This document shows, in pieces, positions 26,892 through 35,860 of a DNA stretch of 47,844 nt. The DNA lies in contig JAFPCL010000007.1 of assembly GCA_017390225.1 (NCBI GenBank), positions 1 through 47,844 on the forward strand. The letters run 5' to 3'. A program made the translations under genes and the position numbers. The notes beneath the pieces are model-generated. The model had not been told where the DNA came from. It worked only from the letters and a program-made list of their open reading frames with translations, and searched no databases. Source of the stretch: Clostridia bacterium. Its GTDB lineage: Bacteria; Bacillota; Clostridia; CAKSNL01; HGM11501. Numbering within the stretch: the first letter of the stretch is position 1; every line of letters begins with the position of its first letter.

Positions 26892-27821
26892 ATGAAAAAC
26901 AAAAAGAAAGTATGGCTGTATTTGCTTATTTGCTTGCTTTTGGTTGCTCTTGTTTGGTTCCTTGTTTCTCGAAAACAGCCTATGAAAGGCATGGGTGCCG
27001 GCAATCTGGCAGGCATGAATATGGTAACGGTGACGGATAATTTGGTGTGTGTCAGCGACCCTGCCACCAACTTGCTTTGTGTTTTAGACGGGGAACAGAC
27101 GATGCCCGTTATGGAGCGTAGTGCATGGTTTTTGAATGTATATCAGGATGAATTGTATTATGTTTCCATGGAAACAGGAAGCCTGATGTGCTTTCATGAC
27201 GGCGTGAACGATCCGCTTATCACCGAGGATCAGTGCTATTATCCGCAGTTTTCGAAAGAGCATTTATATTATATCAACGCCAATGATGGATATATTTATC
27301 GTATGACGTATAAAGACGGAGCTTTTTCGGATAAAACATGTCTTTCAACAGATTTTGGTGCGCTGTTTTTTGTGTATGCAAACGATAAAATTTATTATTA
27401 TGACAATGCGGAAACCGGAATCTTTGCTTGGGATATGCAAGAGAATTCCCAACCTGTTTTGGTGGCGGAAGGCAGAATGGCATATATCAACGTAAGCGAA
27501 GACGGCTATATTTATTATAAAGATATAACAGATGAAAATGATATGCGCCTTGTTCGTATTACACCCATGGGCGAAAAGAAGGTGCTTATGCAAGGCGTGT
27601 TTGACTATATCAACTACTATAACGGGTATATTTACTACAGCGATTCGGCTCTCGGAAGCGGCGGTTATTTATACCGAATCCCTGCCGACGGCAGTAAAAA
27701 GCCCGAAACATTAACAAGAGAATGGAGCACAAACGTTACGATTATCGACGGCACGGTCTATTATGTCGGCAATGGCGGCGGTGGCGAACGTGTGTGGAAA
27801 ACGCTGGCGGTTACGGAATAA
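26892..27821 (+). CDS. Membrane-anchored DUF5050-like beta-propeller repeat protein
   Basis: N-terminal TM 'VWLYLLICLLLVALVWFLV'. Recurrent '(L/I)YY(V/I)' blades ('ELYYVS', 'HLYYIN', 'KIYYYD', 'YIYYKD', 'YIYYSD', 'TVYYVG') and 'YLYRIPADGSKKPETLT'. Confidence 0.65.
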   Translation: MKNKKKVWLYLLICLLLVALVWFLVSRKQPMKGMGAGNLAGMNMVTVTDNLVCVSDPATNLLCVLDGEQTMPVMERSAWFLNVYQDELYYVSMETGSLMCFHDGVNDPLITEDQCYYPQFSKEHLYYINANDGYIYRMTYKDGAFSDKTCLSTDFGALFFVYANDKIYYYDNAETGIFAWDMQENSQPVLVAEGRMAYINVSEDGYIYYKDITDENDMRLVRITPMGEKKVLMQGVFDYINYYNGYIYYSDSALGSGGYLYRIPADGSKKPETLTREWSTNVTIIDGTVYYVGNGGGGERVWKTLAVTE

Positions 27822-27839
27822 AAGAGGAGAGAAAAAGAC

Positions 27840-28835
27840 ATGTGGGATGCGGAATTGCCAAAGGAAAAAAGAGCCTTTAACCCTATTGTCCTTCTTGTAT
27901 GGGGACTGATCATTTTTGTTATATGTGGAATTGGTCTGGGCGTTTACAAGATGTTTATTCCCGAAAAAAGCGGCATGGGAAATGTGCTGAATTATGCCTA
28001 TGTCACGGCGTTTAAAGAAGACGTTTATTTTGTGAATCCGCAAGACGAGCGGATTGTAAGACTGCGCGACACAAAAGGGGAAGTGGTAACGGAAACCGGT
28101 GCGATTTATCTGACCTGCATAGAAGACAATTTATATTACGTTTCCACAGAAACCGGTTATTTTATGCGCTACAGAGAAAGCGGAGAAGATGAAGTTGTGC
28201 TGGATTATGGCTGTAATAACCCGATATATTGGGAAGGTAAGCTGTATTTTTCCAGTGGCATGGAATCACGGGTTTATGCCGTATCTGTCACGGAAGGCGT
28301 TTTTTCTGATCCCGTGTGTATTCACGAGGGGATACAAGTTGTAAGCTTCAGTATTGACAACGGGAAAATTTATTATGTCCCTGCAACCGGTATAGGATTA
28401 TGGTCATGGACCTTGGACACACAGGAAGCACCGAAAGAGCTTTCGGATGATTTTTGCGGTCAGCCGATGGCGGCAGGCGGAGAAGTATACTATCAAGTGA
28501 TGAGCGATACCTTCACCGGGATTCGGGTAATCCGAAAAAACGGAGAGGAAGAAACCTTGATCGAAACACCGGCAAGCTGTCTGAACATGGCCGGCGGCTG
28601 GGTATACTTTACGAATCTGTCCGAAGAAGCCGGCGGTTGTGTGTATAGAGTTCGAAAAAGCGGTATGGGAAAGCCTGAGAGAGTTACTCGAGAATTAGGC
28701 GCTGATTTGCAGATTGTTGCAGGATATGTGTACTATCGTACGAATTTACCGCAAGGCGGAATGGTCTGGAAACGGATGCCCGTGGGAGAAACCAACATAA
28801 AAACAGATCAGGCAGAGTATATTGGAATTCAATGA
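27840..28835 (+). CDS. Membrane-anchored DUF5050-like beta-propeller repeat protein (paralog of the previous gene)
   Basis: N-terminal TM 'IVLLVWGLIIFVICGIGLGV'. Collinear matches to the upstream protein: 'NLYYVSTETGYFMRY', 'EGVFSDPVCI', 'NGKIYYVPATGIGLWSW', 'CVYRVRKSGMGKPERVTRE'. Confidence 0.65.
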   Translation: MWDAELPKEKRAFNPIVLLVWGLIIFVICGIGLGVYKMFIPEKSGMGNVLNYAYVTAFKEDVYFVNPQDERIVRLRDTKGEVVTETGAIYLTCIEDNLYYVSTETGYFMRYRESGEDEVVLDYGCNNPIYWEGKLYFSSGMESRVYAVSVTEGVFSDPVCIHEGIQVVSFSIDNGKIYYVPATGIGLWSWTLDTQEAPKELSDDFCGQPMAAGGEVYYQVMSDTFTGIRVIRKNGEEETLIETPASCLNMAGGWVYFTNLSEEAGGCVYRVRKSGMGKPERVTRELGADLQIVAGYVYYRTNLPQGGMVWKRMPVGETNIKTDQAEYIGIQ

Positions 28836-29575
28836 CAGAATATGCCGAAACAGTAAGAAGAAAAAAGATTGACAAGCTGATAGAGCAAGATTATAATAAA
28901 AATGGTAAAGGGGAGATTTCGGTGGAAGGAATTCGCTTCAGAACAAAAATGAATGGCTATGATAAAGACGAGGTTCATGATTATTTGTTGGAAATGAACC
29001 GCATGATGGAAGCCATGCGACAAGAGTATGAGCAAAAGCAAAGAGAATGGGAAGAAAAAATCGATGCTCTGCAAGAAGAAAACGAGGCTTTAAAAGCGCA
29101 CGTAGAAGAGATGGAAGAAAAGATGCAAGAGCTTGCCATGGATACAGCATCTGAAAAAGAAGAAGAAATCACAGAGCTTCGTATGCGCGCAGAAGAAGAA
29201 AAACAGCGCCGCGAGGAAGCGGAAAAAGCACTCGATGTGGCAAAGGAAGATATGAAAAAGCAAGTAGAATCCGTGCGCACAGAGCTGATGGAAGAGATTA
29301 CATCACTGCGTGAACGGCTGGCGGCACTCGAAGAAGAACGCTCCAGTGTGGCGGACGCTATGGTTCATGCGCGGGAAGAAGCACGTAAAATCGTAGAGAA
29401 TGCACATAAAGAAGGAAGCCAGACCATCGAAGAAACAAACCGTGCTGTTGCACAAGCAAGAGCAATTCTTGCAAAAGAACAAGAAAAGGTTTTGCGCCTG
29501 AAAAATGATGCTATGCAAATTGTGGAACGTATGCACAAGGAGCTCGAGGAGCTTGCGGCGGGATTTAAGAAGTAA
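28832..29575 (+). CDS. DivIVA-domain coiled-coil protein
   Basis: 'FRTKMNGYDKDEVHDYL' matches the DivIVA N-terminal motif (F....RGYD..EV..FL). The rest is a long E/K/R-rich heptad-like sequence. ATGA overlap with the upstream gene. Confidence 0.7.
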   Translation: MTEYAETVRRKKIDKLIEQDYNKNGKGEISVEGIRFRTKMNGYDKDEVHDYLLEMNRMMEAMRQEYEQKQREWEEKIDALQEENEALKAHVEEMEEKMQELAMDTASEKEEEITELRMRAEEEKQRREEAEKALDVAKEDMKKQVESVRTELMEEITSLRERLAALEEERSSVADAMVHAREEARKIVENAHKEGSQTIEETNRAVAQARAILAKEQEKVLRLKNDAMQIVERMHKELEELAAGFKK

Positions 29576-30570
29576 TGGAATATTGGGGAAAATTGCCGTC
29601 GATTCTTGACAGCGCATCACGAACAAGAAAGCTCAGCCATGCATATTTGCTGACCGGCCCTGAGGGGATTGGAAAGAAAACTTTGGCAACGGCGTTTGCG
29701 GCAAGAATTTTTTGTGAAGGCGAAAAAAAGCCTTGCGGAGAATGTAAGCATTGTCGCATGTTTTCAGCAGGGAGTCATCCGGATTTTATCACGGTCAACA
29801 GAGAAAAGGATCGAGCCAACTTGTCGATTCGCCTGATTCGTGAAATGATAGATGATGTATATATTAAGCCGTTGCTTTCTTCCTATAAGGTCATCTTGAT
29901 TCCCGAAGCGGACAAAATGGAGTTTCCGGCACAAAATGCACTTTTAAAGGTTTTTGAAGAGCCGCCGTCTTACTGCGTGATTTTATTGATTGCCAAAAAT
30001 GAGCAAAGTCTTTTGCCTACGGTACGTTCCCGTGCCGTTACGGTGCGAGTGCCGCATCTGGGCGAAAAAGTGATTGAACAAAAAATCAGGGAACGCTATC
30101 CCGAAAATGCGGAAAATGCACCGTTTTTGGCGGCGTTTTCCGGCGGTATTCCCGGTCGGGCGTTGGCAATGTGCGAAAATGAATCCTTTCTGGAACTGCG
30201 AGGACAATGGCTGGACGAGCTGTTTGCTTTGGCACAGGGAAAAAAATCTGCTGTTTTCACAATGGCGGAACAATATGAAAAAAATAAAGACCGTCAGGAT
30301 ATTCTTTTGGAGCTGATGCTCTGTTGGCTGAAGGATGCACTCTTTGTCAGCCGTGAATATGAAGATGGCATTATAAACCAAGATAGAATACAGGAATTGG
30401 AAACCGTGGCAGGGAGTATTCCCGAGAAAAATCTTGCCACTGCATTTACTTTTCTGGCAGAAGAAAGAAGAAAAATGGGGAAAAACCCCAACATACGTCT
30501 GTGGATCACAGATGTAATTCTTCGTATGAGGGAGGTTCTACATGACGAAAGTAATCGGAATATGTTTTAA
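29575..30570 (+). CDS. holB: DNA polymerase III delta' subunit
   Basis: 'HAYLLTGPEGIGKKTLA', zinc module 'CGECKHC', 'HPDF', 'NALLKVFEEPP', 'PTVRSR'. Confidence 0.9.
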   Translation: MEYWGKLPSILDSASRTRKLSHAYLLTGPEGIGKKTLATAFAARIFCEGEKKPCGECKHCRMFSAGSHPDFITVNREKDRANLSIRLIREMIDDVYIKPLLSSYKVILIPEADKMEFPAQNALLKVFEEPPSYCVILLIAKNEQSLLPTVRSRAVTVRVPHLGEKVIEQKIRERYPENAENAPFLAAFSGGIPGRALAMCENESFLELRGQWLDELFALAQGKKSAVFTMAEQYEKNKDRQDILLELMLCWLKDALFVSREYEDGIINQDRIQELETVAGSIPEKNLATAFTFLAEERRKMGKNPNIRLWITDVILRMREVLHDESNRNMF

Positions 30571-31441
30571 AGAAGGCGGCAAAGTCTATGATTTTGGCTT
30601 TGATCCCGAAAAATTCAGCGACTTGAAATTAGGCGAAGCGGTCATTGTGGACACGGTCAACGGTCCTGAATACGGATTGGTCGCTTTTGAAAAGCATGAA
30701 ATATTGGAGCATGAGCTTGCGGCGCCTTTAAAGCAAATTTTGCGACGTGCCACACCGCAGGATGAGGCAATAATTGCTAAAAACAGACAAAGAGAAAAAG
30801 AAGCCTTTGCTTTTTGTCAGGAATGTATCGAGCGCCGCGAGATTGAAATGAATCTGGTGAGTGTGGAGTGCAATTTCGACGGAAGCAAATTGCTTTTCTA
30901 TTTTACCCATGAGGGAAGACTGGATTTCCGTGAGCTTGTCAAGGATTTGGCGGCACGATTCCACACCCGTATTGAATTGCGGCAGATTGGTGTTCGCGAC
31001 GAAGCCAAAATGATTGGTGGTCTCGGCACCTGCGGCAGAAGCTTTTGCTGTTCGTCTTGCATGAAGGATTTTGCCACGGTGTCCATGAAGATGGCAAAGG
31101 ATCAAGGGCTTTCCTTGAATCCCACCAAAATTTCCGGGGCATGCGGAAGACTGATGTGCTGTTTGAAATATGAAGATGAGGCATATAAAGAGCTTCTTCG
31201 GATTGTTCCCGGTGTCGGTGCGGTTGTTGAAACGGAGGAGGGGATCGGAACGGTTGTTTCCGTGAGCCTTTTGCATAAAAAAATCAAGGTCAAGCATGAC
31301 AATATGGGCGAAGGCGCGGCACGGGAATATAATGCAGAGACCGTGCGTGTGGTGAAGCCTGCCAAAACCGGCAGACGGCAGGAGTATTACACCCCGGAGC
31401 AAGAGTCGACAAACACCCCGGAATCCGAGGAAGAGACATAA
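30542..31441 (+). CDS. ricT: PSP1-domain regulatory iron-sulfur protein RicT (YaaT)
   Basis: 'VIGICFKEGGKVYDF' N-terminus as in B. subtilis YaaT, and a Cys cluster 'GTCGRSFCCSSC...GACGRLMCCLKYE'. The holB-yaaT synteny is conserved. Confidence 0.9.
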   Translation: MTKVIGICFKEGGKVYDFGFDPEKFSDLKLGEAVIVDTVNGPEYGLVAFEKHEILEHELAAPLKQILRRATPQDEAIIAKNRQREKEAFAFCQECIERREIEMNLVSVECNFDGSKLLFYFTHEGRLDFRELVKDLAARFHTRIELRQIGVRDEAKMIGGLGTCGRSFCCSSCMKDFATVSMKMAKDQGLSLNPTKISGACGRLMCCLKYEDEAYKELLRIVPGVGAVVETEEGIGTVVSVSLLHKKIKVKHDNMGEGAAREYNAETVRVVKPAKTGRRQEYYTPEQESTNTPESEEET

Positions 31442-31552
31442 ATCATATGGGACAACTGTTGAGCGATGTCATCCGGAAGAATTTTTTCCGTGAATTGTGT
31501 TGGCTTTCTCAAGAGAATGTCCCCTTTTGCTTTTTTTAAGAAGGAGATTAAA

Positions 31553-32959
31553 ATGAAAAAAACTTTTTTTCTTTGTTTGATTGCCGTGCTTCTTCTTTGT
31601 TCCTGCACAAAACAAACGGAGGAAACGGCAGGGAAATCGCCCCATTCTGCACAAGTCCAAACAGAACCTTTTCGCAAAAGCTGGGAGCTGAAAGACCTTC
31701 CTTTTGTGATTACGCCTGCAGGAGAAGCTACGGCGCTTGCGCAGACGCAGGATAAAAATCACTTTGGGGAGTATGTAGATTACAAAGGAAGCTTTTATTT
31801 CAGACAGTATAAAAAGAAAGATTATGAAGAAACGGCAATCCACCAAAATCACGGCTATGTCGATGGCAGAAAGCGCAACATGATGTGCTACACCGACAAA
31901 GGAAAACTGAAAACATTGTTTTCCGATGAGGGCGTGGGAAGCTTTTATATTTTTGAAGACCGATTTTTTGCCATGACAAGAACAGACACACAGGGAGAAA
32001 TCTACTCTGTTGATATGAAGGGCGAAAATCGACATGTGTTGGAAAAGGGCTGTATTCTGGCGGCAGATGAAAAGAAGGGCTTTTTGATTTGCAAAAACGA
32101 AGATTTGGGGCTTTTCTCCGTCAATTTAAATGCCGTGAATTGGGCGATTACGCCTCTTACGTTGAATGGGTCTTTCCTTGCGATAAAAGACGGACTGGTA
32201 TATTATCAGGAAAGTCCGGAAGGGGAAGAGGCTTATCTCGGGAAAGTGTATTTAAAACGCATCTCCACCGACGGCATCGGAGATATGGTTTTGGCAGAAA
32301 CAAAGCCTGATTTATACGATGATGTGTCGGCGGCAGGAAAAACGATGATTCGTCAATTCCGCATGACACCATACAATATTTATTTTTCCTATGGAAGTGT
32401 CGGCGGCTCGGCGGCAATGTATCAAGGGGGCGGCATTATGTGTGTCCCCGCAGACGGCATCGGCGTGAGACGGCTAACAACAGCACTTGTGGACGAGCAC
32501 TTCTTTGTGGAAGAGACGGGCTTTGCAGATTATCTGTATTTTTATTCCTTTGCAGACGATGTGTATTCCCAAAAAAATCTCACAACGGAGGAAATCACCG
32601 CAACGGAGATTGTGGCAGGGCCTGTCAATCAAGTGTTTATGCGCGAAAAAGAACTGCTTTTTCTGAATGCAGATACGGGAAAGACGGAAGTTGTATTTTC
32701 AAAAGAGGATTTGGATGCACTGGAGCTGACAGAGGATTTGATGCTGAAAGCTTTAACGGACACGCCGTCTTCCGACAGCTATATTTATGACTTTAAAAAC
32801 ACGGTGTTTTCCGAGCAATATGTTTTCACGGAGCTGTACCGATATGTCCCCGCACCGGAAGAAGATATCGGCTGGCGTGCGGCGTATCGACTGATCAGTC
32901 GTGCCGTGTTGGTGAAAGACCGTACCACGGGTGAAATCAAAGTATTGGATATTTTTTAA
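31553..32959 (+). CDS. Lipoprotein with DUF5050-like repeat region
   Basis: Start at MKKTFFLCLIAVLLLCSC (lipobox L-C-S-C) with AAGGAG SD. It contains 'GLVYYQE', 'VYLKRISTDG' and 'NIYFSYG' blade-like motifs. The track N-terminal extension from 31466 is rejected. Confidence 0.65.
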   Translation: MKKTFFLCLIAVLLLCSCTKQTEETAGKSPHSAQVQTEPFRKSWELKDLPFVITPAGEATALAQTQDKNHFGEYVDYKGSFYFRQYKKKDYEETAIHQNHGYVDGRKRNMMCYTDKGKLKTLFSDEGVGSFYIFEDRFFAMTRTDTQGEIYSVDMKGENRHVLEKGCILAADEKKGFLICKNEDLGLFSVNLNAVNWAITPLTLNGSFLAIKDGLVYYQESPEGEEAYLGKVYLKRISTDGIGDMVLAETKPDLYDDVSAAGKTMIRQFRMTPYNIYFSYGSVGGSAAMYQGGGIMCVPADGIGVRRLTTALVDEHFFVEETGFADYLYFYSFADDVYSQKNLTTEEITATEIVAGPVNQVFMREKELLFLNADTGKTEVVFSKEDLDALELTEDLMLKALTDTPSSDSYIYDFKNTVFSEQYVFTELYRYVPAPEEDIGWRAAYRLISRAVLVKDRTTGEIKVLDIF

Positions 32960-32979
32960 TAGAGAAAGGATGTTTTATT

Positions 32980-33828
32980 ATGTATAATTTTCCGATTGGT
33001 GTTATGTTAGAATCTTTCCGCTTGCCTTTGCGCGAAGCTGTGGAAAAAGCGGCATCTTTAGGGGTACAGGGCTTGCAGGTCTATGCCTCTCGTGGGGAAA
33101 TCACTCCGGAAATGACCAAGGACAAAAAAGCTGAATTTATTTCTCTTTTGGATGCCAATGGGCTCAAGCTTTCCGCTTTGTGCGGCGATTTCGGTCATGG
33201 CTTCGGAGATAAAGAAAAAAATAAAGACCTGATCGAAGCATCTAAGAAAGTTTTGTATCTTGCCAAAGAATTGGGAACCAATATCGTCACCACCCATATC
33301 GGTGTTGTGCCGGAAGACCCCTCGCATCCTCGTTATCAGATTATGCAGGAGGCATGCTTTACCTTGGCAGAATTTGCCGACAGCCAGGATGCACATTTTG
33401 CCATTGAAACAGGTCCTGAAAAGGCAAGTGTTCTCAAGGGCTTTTTAGACGGACTTCATTCCAAGGGCGTGGCAGTCAATTTAGACCCTGCCAACCTTGC
33501 CATGGTGGTAGGGGATGATGCCGTGGAAGCCGTTCACACGTTAAAGGACTACATCGTGCATACCCATGCCAAAGACGGAAAAATGCTGGCACAAAAGAAG
33601 CCGGAATACATTTACGGCGTCGAAGCAGACCCGCATCCCGAAATTGCATCCTTCCTGGAAGTGCCGCTGGGTGAAGGCAGTGTGAATTTCCCCACATATC
33701 TTGCCGCCTTGCAGGAAGTCGGTTATCGCGGATTCTTAACAATTGAAAGAGAAGTTGGCGAAAATCCCGCAGGCGATATCGGCATGGCCGTGGATTTCTT
33801 AAAGGGCATTATCGGAGGAAATGAATGA
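32980..33828 (+). CDS. Sugar phosphate isomerase/epimerase (xylose-isomerase-like TIM barrel)
   Basis: The 'FAIETG', 'V.LDPANL' and 'HTHAKDG' motif series is typical of the AP-endonuclease-2/xylose-isomerase-like barrel family. Confidence 0.8.
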   Translation: MYNFPIGVMLESFRLPLREAVEKAASLGVQGLQVYASRGEITPEMTKDKKAEFISLLDANGLKLSALCGDFGHGFGDKEKNKDLIEASKKVLYLAKELGTNIVTTHIGVVPEDPSHPRYQIMQEACFTLAEFADSQDAHFAIETGPEKASVLKGFLDGLHSKGVAVNLDPANLAMVVGDDAVEAVHTLKDYIVHTHAKDGKMLAQKKPEYIYGVEADPHPEIASFLEVPLGEGSVNFPTYLAALQEVGYRGFLTIEREVGENPAGDIGMAVDFLKGIIGGNE

Positions 33829-34397
33829 AAATCATCGCGGCAACCAACAATAAAGGAAAACTGAAAGAAATGCGTGCCATTTTCGGCGATTTGGCGACAG
33901 TGGTTTCGCTTTCGGATATGGGCGTGAATATCGATGTGGTAGAAGACGGCGATACGTTTCTTCATAATGCACGAAAAAAAGCCCGTGAGATTCAGGCGGT
34001 TACCGGTGGCATTGTCTTTGCTGACGACAGCGGACTCACGGTAGATGCCTTAAATGGTGCGCCCGGGGTGTATTCGGCACGCTTTGCCGGAGAAAACGCC
34101 ACCGATGAAGAAAACGTGGAGAAGCTTCTTTTACAGCTTAAAGACAAAGAAGATCGCACGGGACATTTCGTCTGCACCATCGTGCTTTTGAAAGAAGACG
34201 GCACGGAGTATGTGGCGGAAGGGGCATGTAGTGGCGTGATTGCAGAGGAGCCGCATGGAGAAAACGGCTTCGGCTATGATCCTGTCTTTTATATTCCTGA
34301 ACTTGGAAAAACCATGGCAGAGCTTTCGCCGGAGGAAAAAAATCAAATCAGCCACCGCCGTAAGGCTTTGGATAAAATCAAAGAATTCTTAAAATAA
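33825..34397 (+). CDS. rdgB: Non-canonical purine NTP pyrophosphatase (Ham1/RdgB)
   Basis: 'ATNNKGKLKE', 'DDSGL.VDALNG.PGVYSARFAG', 'GFGYDPVF', 'K..ISHR..AL'. Confidence 0.9.
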   Translation: MKIIAATNNKGKLKEMRAIFGDLATVVSLSDMGVNIDVVEDGDTFLHNARKKAREIQAVTGGIVFADDSGLTVDALNGAPGVYSARFAGENATDEENVEKLLLQLKDKEDRTGHFVCTIVLLKEDGTEYVAEGACSGVIAEEPHGENGFGYDPVFYIPELGKTMAELSPEEKNQISHRRKALDKIKEFLK

Positions 34398-34400
34398 AAT

Positions 34401-34431
34401 ATGTCGGGGCAGCGATTCGCTGTCCCGACAT
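34401..34431. terminator. Hairpin terminator shared by convergent rdgB and the small Cys-rich gene
   Basis: ATGTCGGGGCAGC / GCTGTCCCGACAT form a 13-bp stem (one G-U on the plus-strand RNA) with a 5-nt loop. On the minus-strand RNA it is followed by AUUUUAUUUU. Confidence 0.55.
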
Positions 34432-34465
34432 ACAGGCTTTATATGACCGATATAAGGGTTTACTT

Positions 34466-34612
34466 TTAGCAACCGCAGTTGTTGCAACCGCAATTGTTGC
34501 TATAACCGCAGTTGTTGTTTGTCAACAGAAGAACGATGATGATGGCGAGAATAACCCAGATGAAGCAGTTGCAGTCAAACAGGCTATTGTTGTTATTGCA
34601 GCAATCAGACAT
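34466..34612 (-). CDS. Unlisted 48-aa Cys/Asn-rich single-TM peptide: MSDCCNNNNSLFDCNCFIWVILAIIIVLLLTNNNCGYSNNCGCNNCGC
   Basis: Hand translation of the minus strand: ATG at 34612 and TAA at 34468-34466. GGAGG SD lies 11 nt upstream, and a terminator hairpin lies 35 nt downstream. It occupies an otherwise empty 332-nt gap. Architecture (short Cys-rich flank, hydrophobic core, Cys-rich tail) resembles tiny YjcZ-type sporulation proteins. Confidence 0.6.
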   Translation of the reverse strand: MSDCCNNNNSLFDCNCFIWVILAIIIVLLLTNNNCGYSNNCGCNNCGC

Positions 34613-34669
34613 AGCTTTTAGAACCTCCTTTTTATTGATGCTGTAGGCGGTGTTTGCCGCTTACAGTGA

Positions 34670-34700
34670 TATACTATGACAGAAGGTTCTTTTGTGTGAC
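34670..34700 (-). promoter_or_regulatory. Sigma-K-like (mother-cell) promoter motif upstream of the small Cys-rich gene
   Basis: Minus strand reads GTCACA-N16-CATAGTATA. The sigma-K consensus recalled from B. subtilis is AC-N16/17-CATANNNTA. Confidence 0.35.
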
Positions 34701-34729
34701 TGTGCTTTAAAAAAGAAAGGACAGTAGGT

Positions 34730-35860
34730 ATGAAGCTGTTGATTTTGTCCGTCACGGCAGGGCATGGGCACAATAAAACCTCTCAGGCACTTTTATCTGC
34801 ATGGGAAGCGCTGGGGCATGAAGGCGTGATTTTAGACACCTATGAATTTTTAGAGCCCATCGTAGGAAAAAGTGTGGATAAGGGCTATTTGATGAGCACA
34901 AAATATACACCGAAGCTGTATGGTGCCGTCTACTCTTTTTTAGATAAGCAGGATTTGGATACACTCGAGAATGTTCCGTCGTTTTCATCCAAGGAAATGC
35001 GGGAAAAAATCGAAGAGTATATTGCTTCCTATGCACCCGACGCCATTGTGTGTCCCCATGTGTTCACGGCAGAAATCATGTCAAAAATTAAAGATTCCAT
35101 CGGAAACATTCCCGTGTGGGGGATTATTACGGATTATACCATCCATCCTTTTTGGCAAACCTGCCAGCTGGACGGGTACGTGATTCCGAATGAGCTTTTA
35201 AAAGCAGAGTGCCAAAGAAAAGGGATGCCCATGCGGAAAATTTATCCCACAGGGATTCCCGTGTCTCCGACTTTTAAAAAGAAAATAGCGGCATCGGAAG
35301 CCAAAGCACAGCTATCCCTTGATCCCGAAAAAAGAACGGTCATGCTGATGACCGGAAGTATGGGGTTTGGAAATATCGGAAAAATTGTAGAAAGGCTCGA
35401 TCAGCTTTCGTCGGATTTTCAAATGCTGATTATTACGGGAAACAACAAACGTGCCTACCGCTCTTTATCCAAGAAAGAGTGGAAGCATTCTATGCATATC
35501 TACGGCTTTGTGGACAACGTGAATGTTATGATGGACGCATCGGATGTTTTGGTTACAAAGCCCGGCGGGCTGTCCGTGTCGGAAAGCTTGGTCAAGGGGC
35601 TTCCCATGATTTTGATTAACCCTATTCCGGGGCAGGAAAAACGCAATATGGAGTTTTTGGTTAACTGCGGCGTGGGCATGGCAACCTCCAAAACCTGTGC
35701 CGTGGAGGACTGCGTATATATGTATATGGAAAACGAGTGGCTGCGTGATCGGATGAAGGCATCGGTGGGATATATCCGAAAGCCCGATGCGGCAGAGAAT
35801 CTCGCAGAAATATTGATCGACAGAATAAGGAGGAAAAATATTGGAGAAGATAACGATTAA
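34730..35860 (+). CDS. MGDG-synthase-family / GT28 diacylglycerol glycosyltransferase (UgtP-like)
   Basis: 'LILSVTAGHGHNKTSQAL' N-terminus and C-terminal 'VLVTKPGGLSVSESL..GLPMI..NPIPGQE..N'. Confidence 0.8.
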   Translation: MKLLILSVTAGHGHNKTSQALLSAWEALGHEGVILDTYEFLEPIVGKSVDKGYLMSTKYTPKLYGAVYSFLDKQDLDTLENVPSFSSKEMREKIEEYIASYAPDAIVCPHVFTAEIMSKIKDSIGNIPVWGIITDYTIHPFWQTCQLDGYVIPNELLKAECQRKGMPMRKIYPTGIPVSPTFKKKIAASEAKAQLSLDPEKRTVMLMTGSMGFGNIGKIVERLDQLSSDFQMLIITGNNKRAYRSLSKKEWKHSMHIYGFVDNVNVMMDASDVLVTKPGGLSVSESLVKGLPMILINPIPGQEKRNMEFLVNCGVGMATSKTCAVEDCVYMYMENEWLRDRMKASVGYIRKPDAAENLAEILIDRIRRKNIGEDND

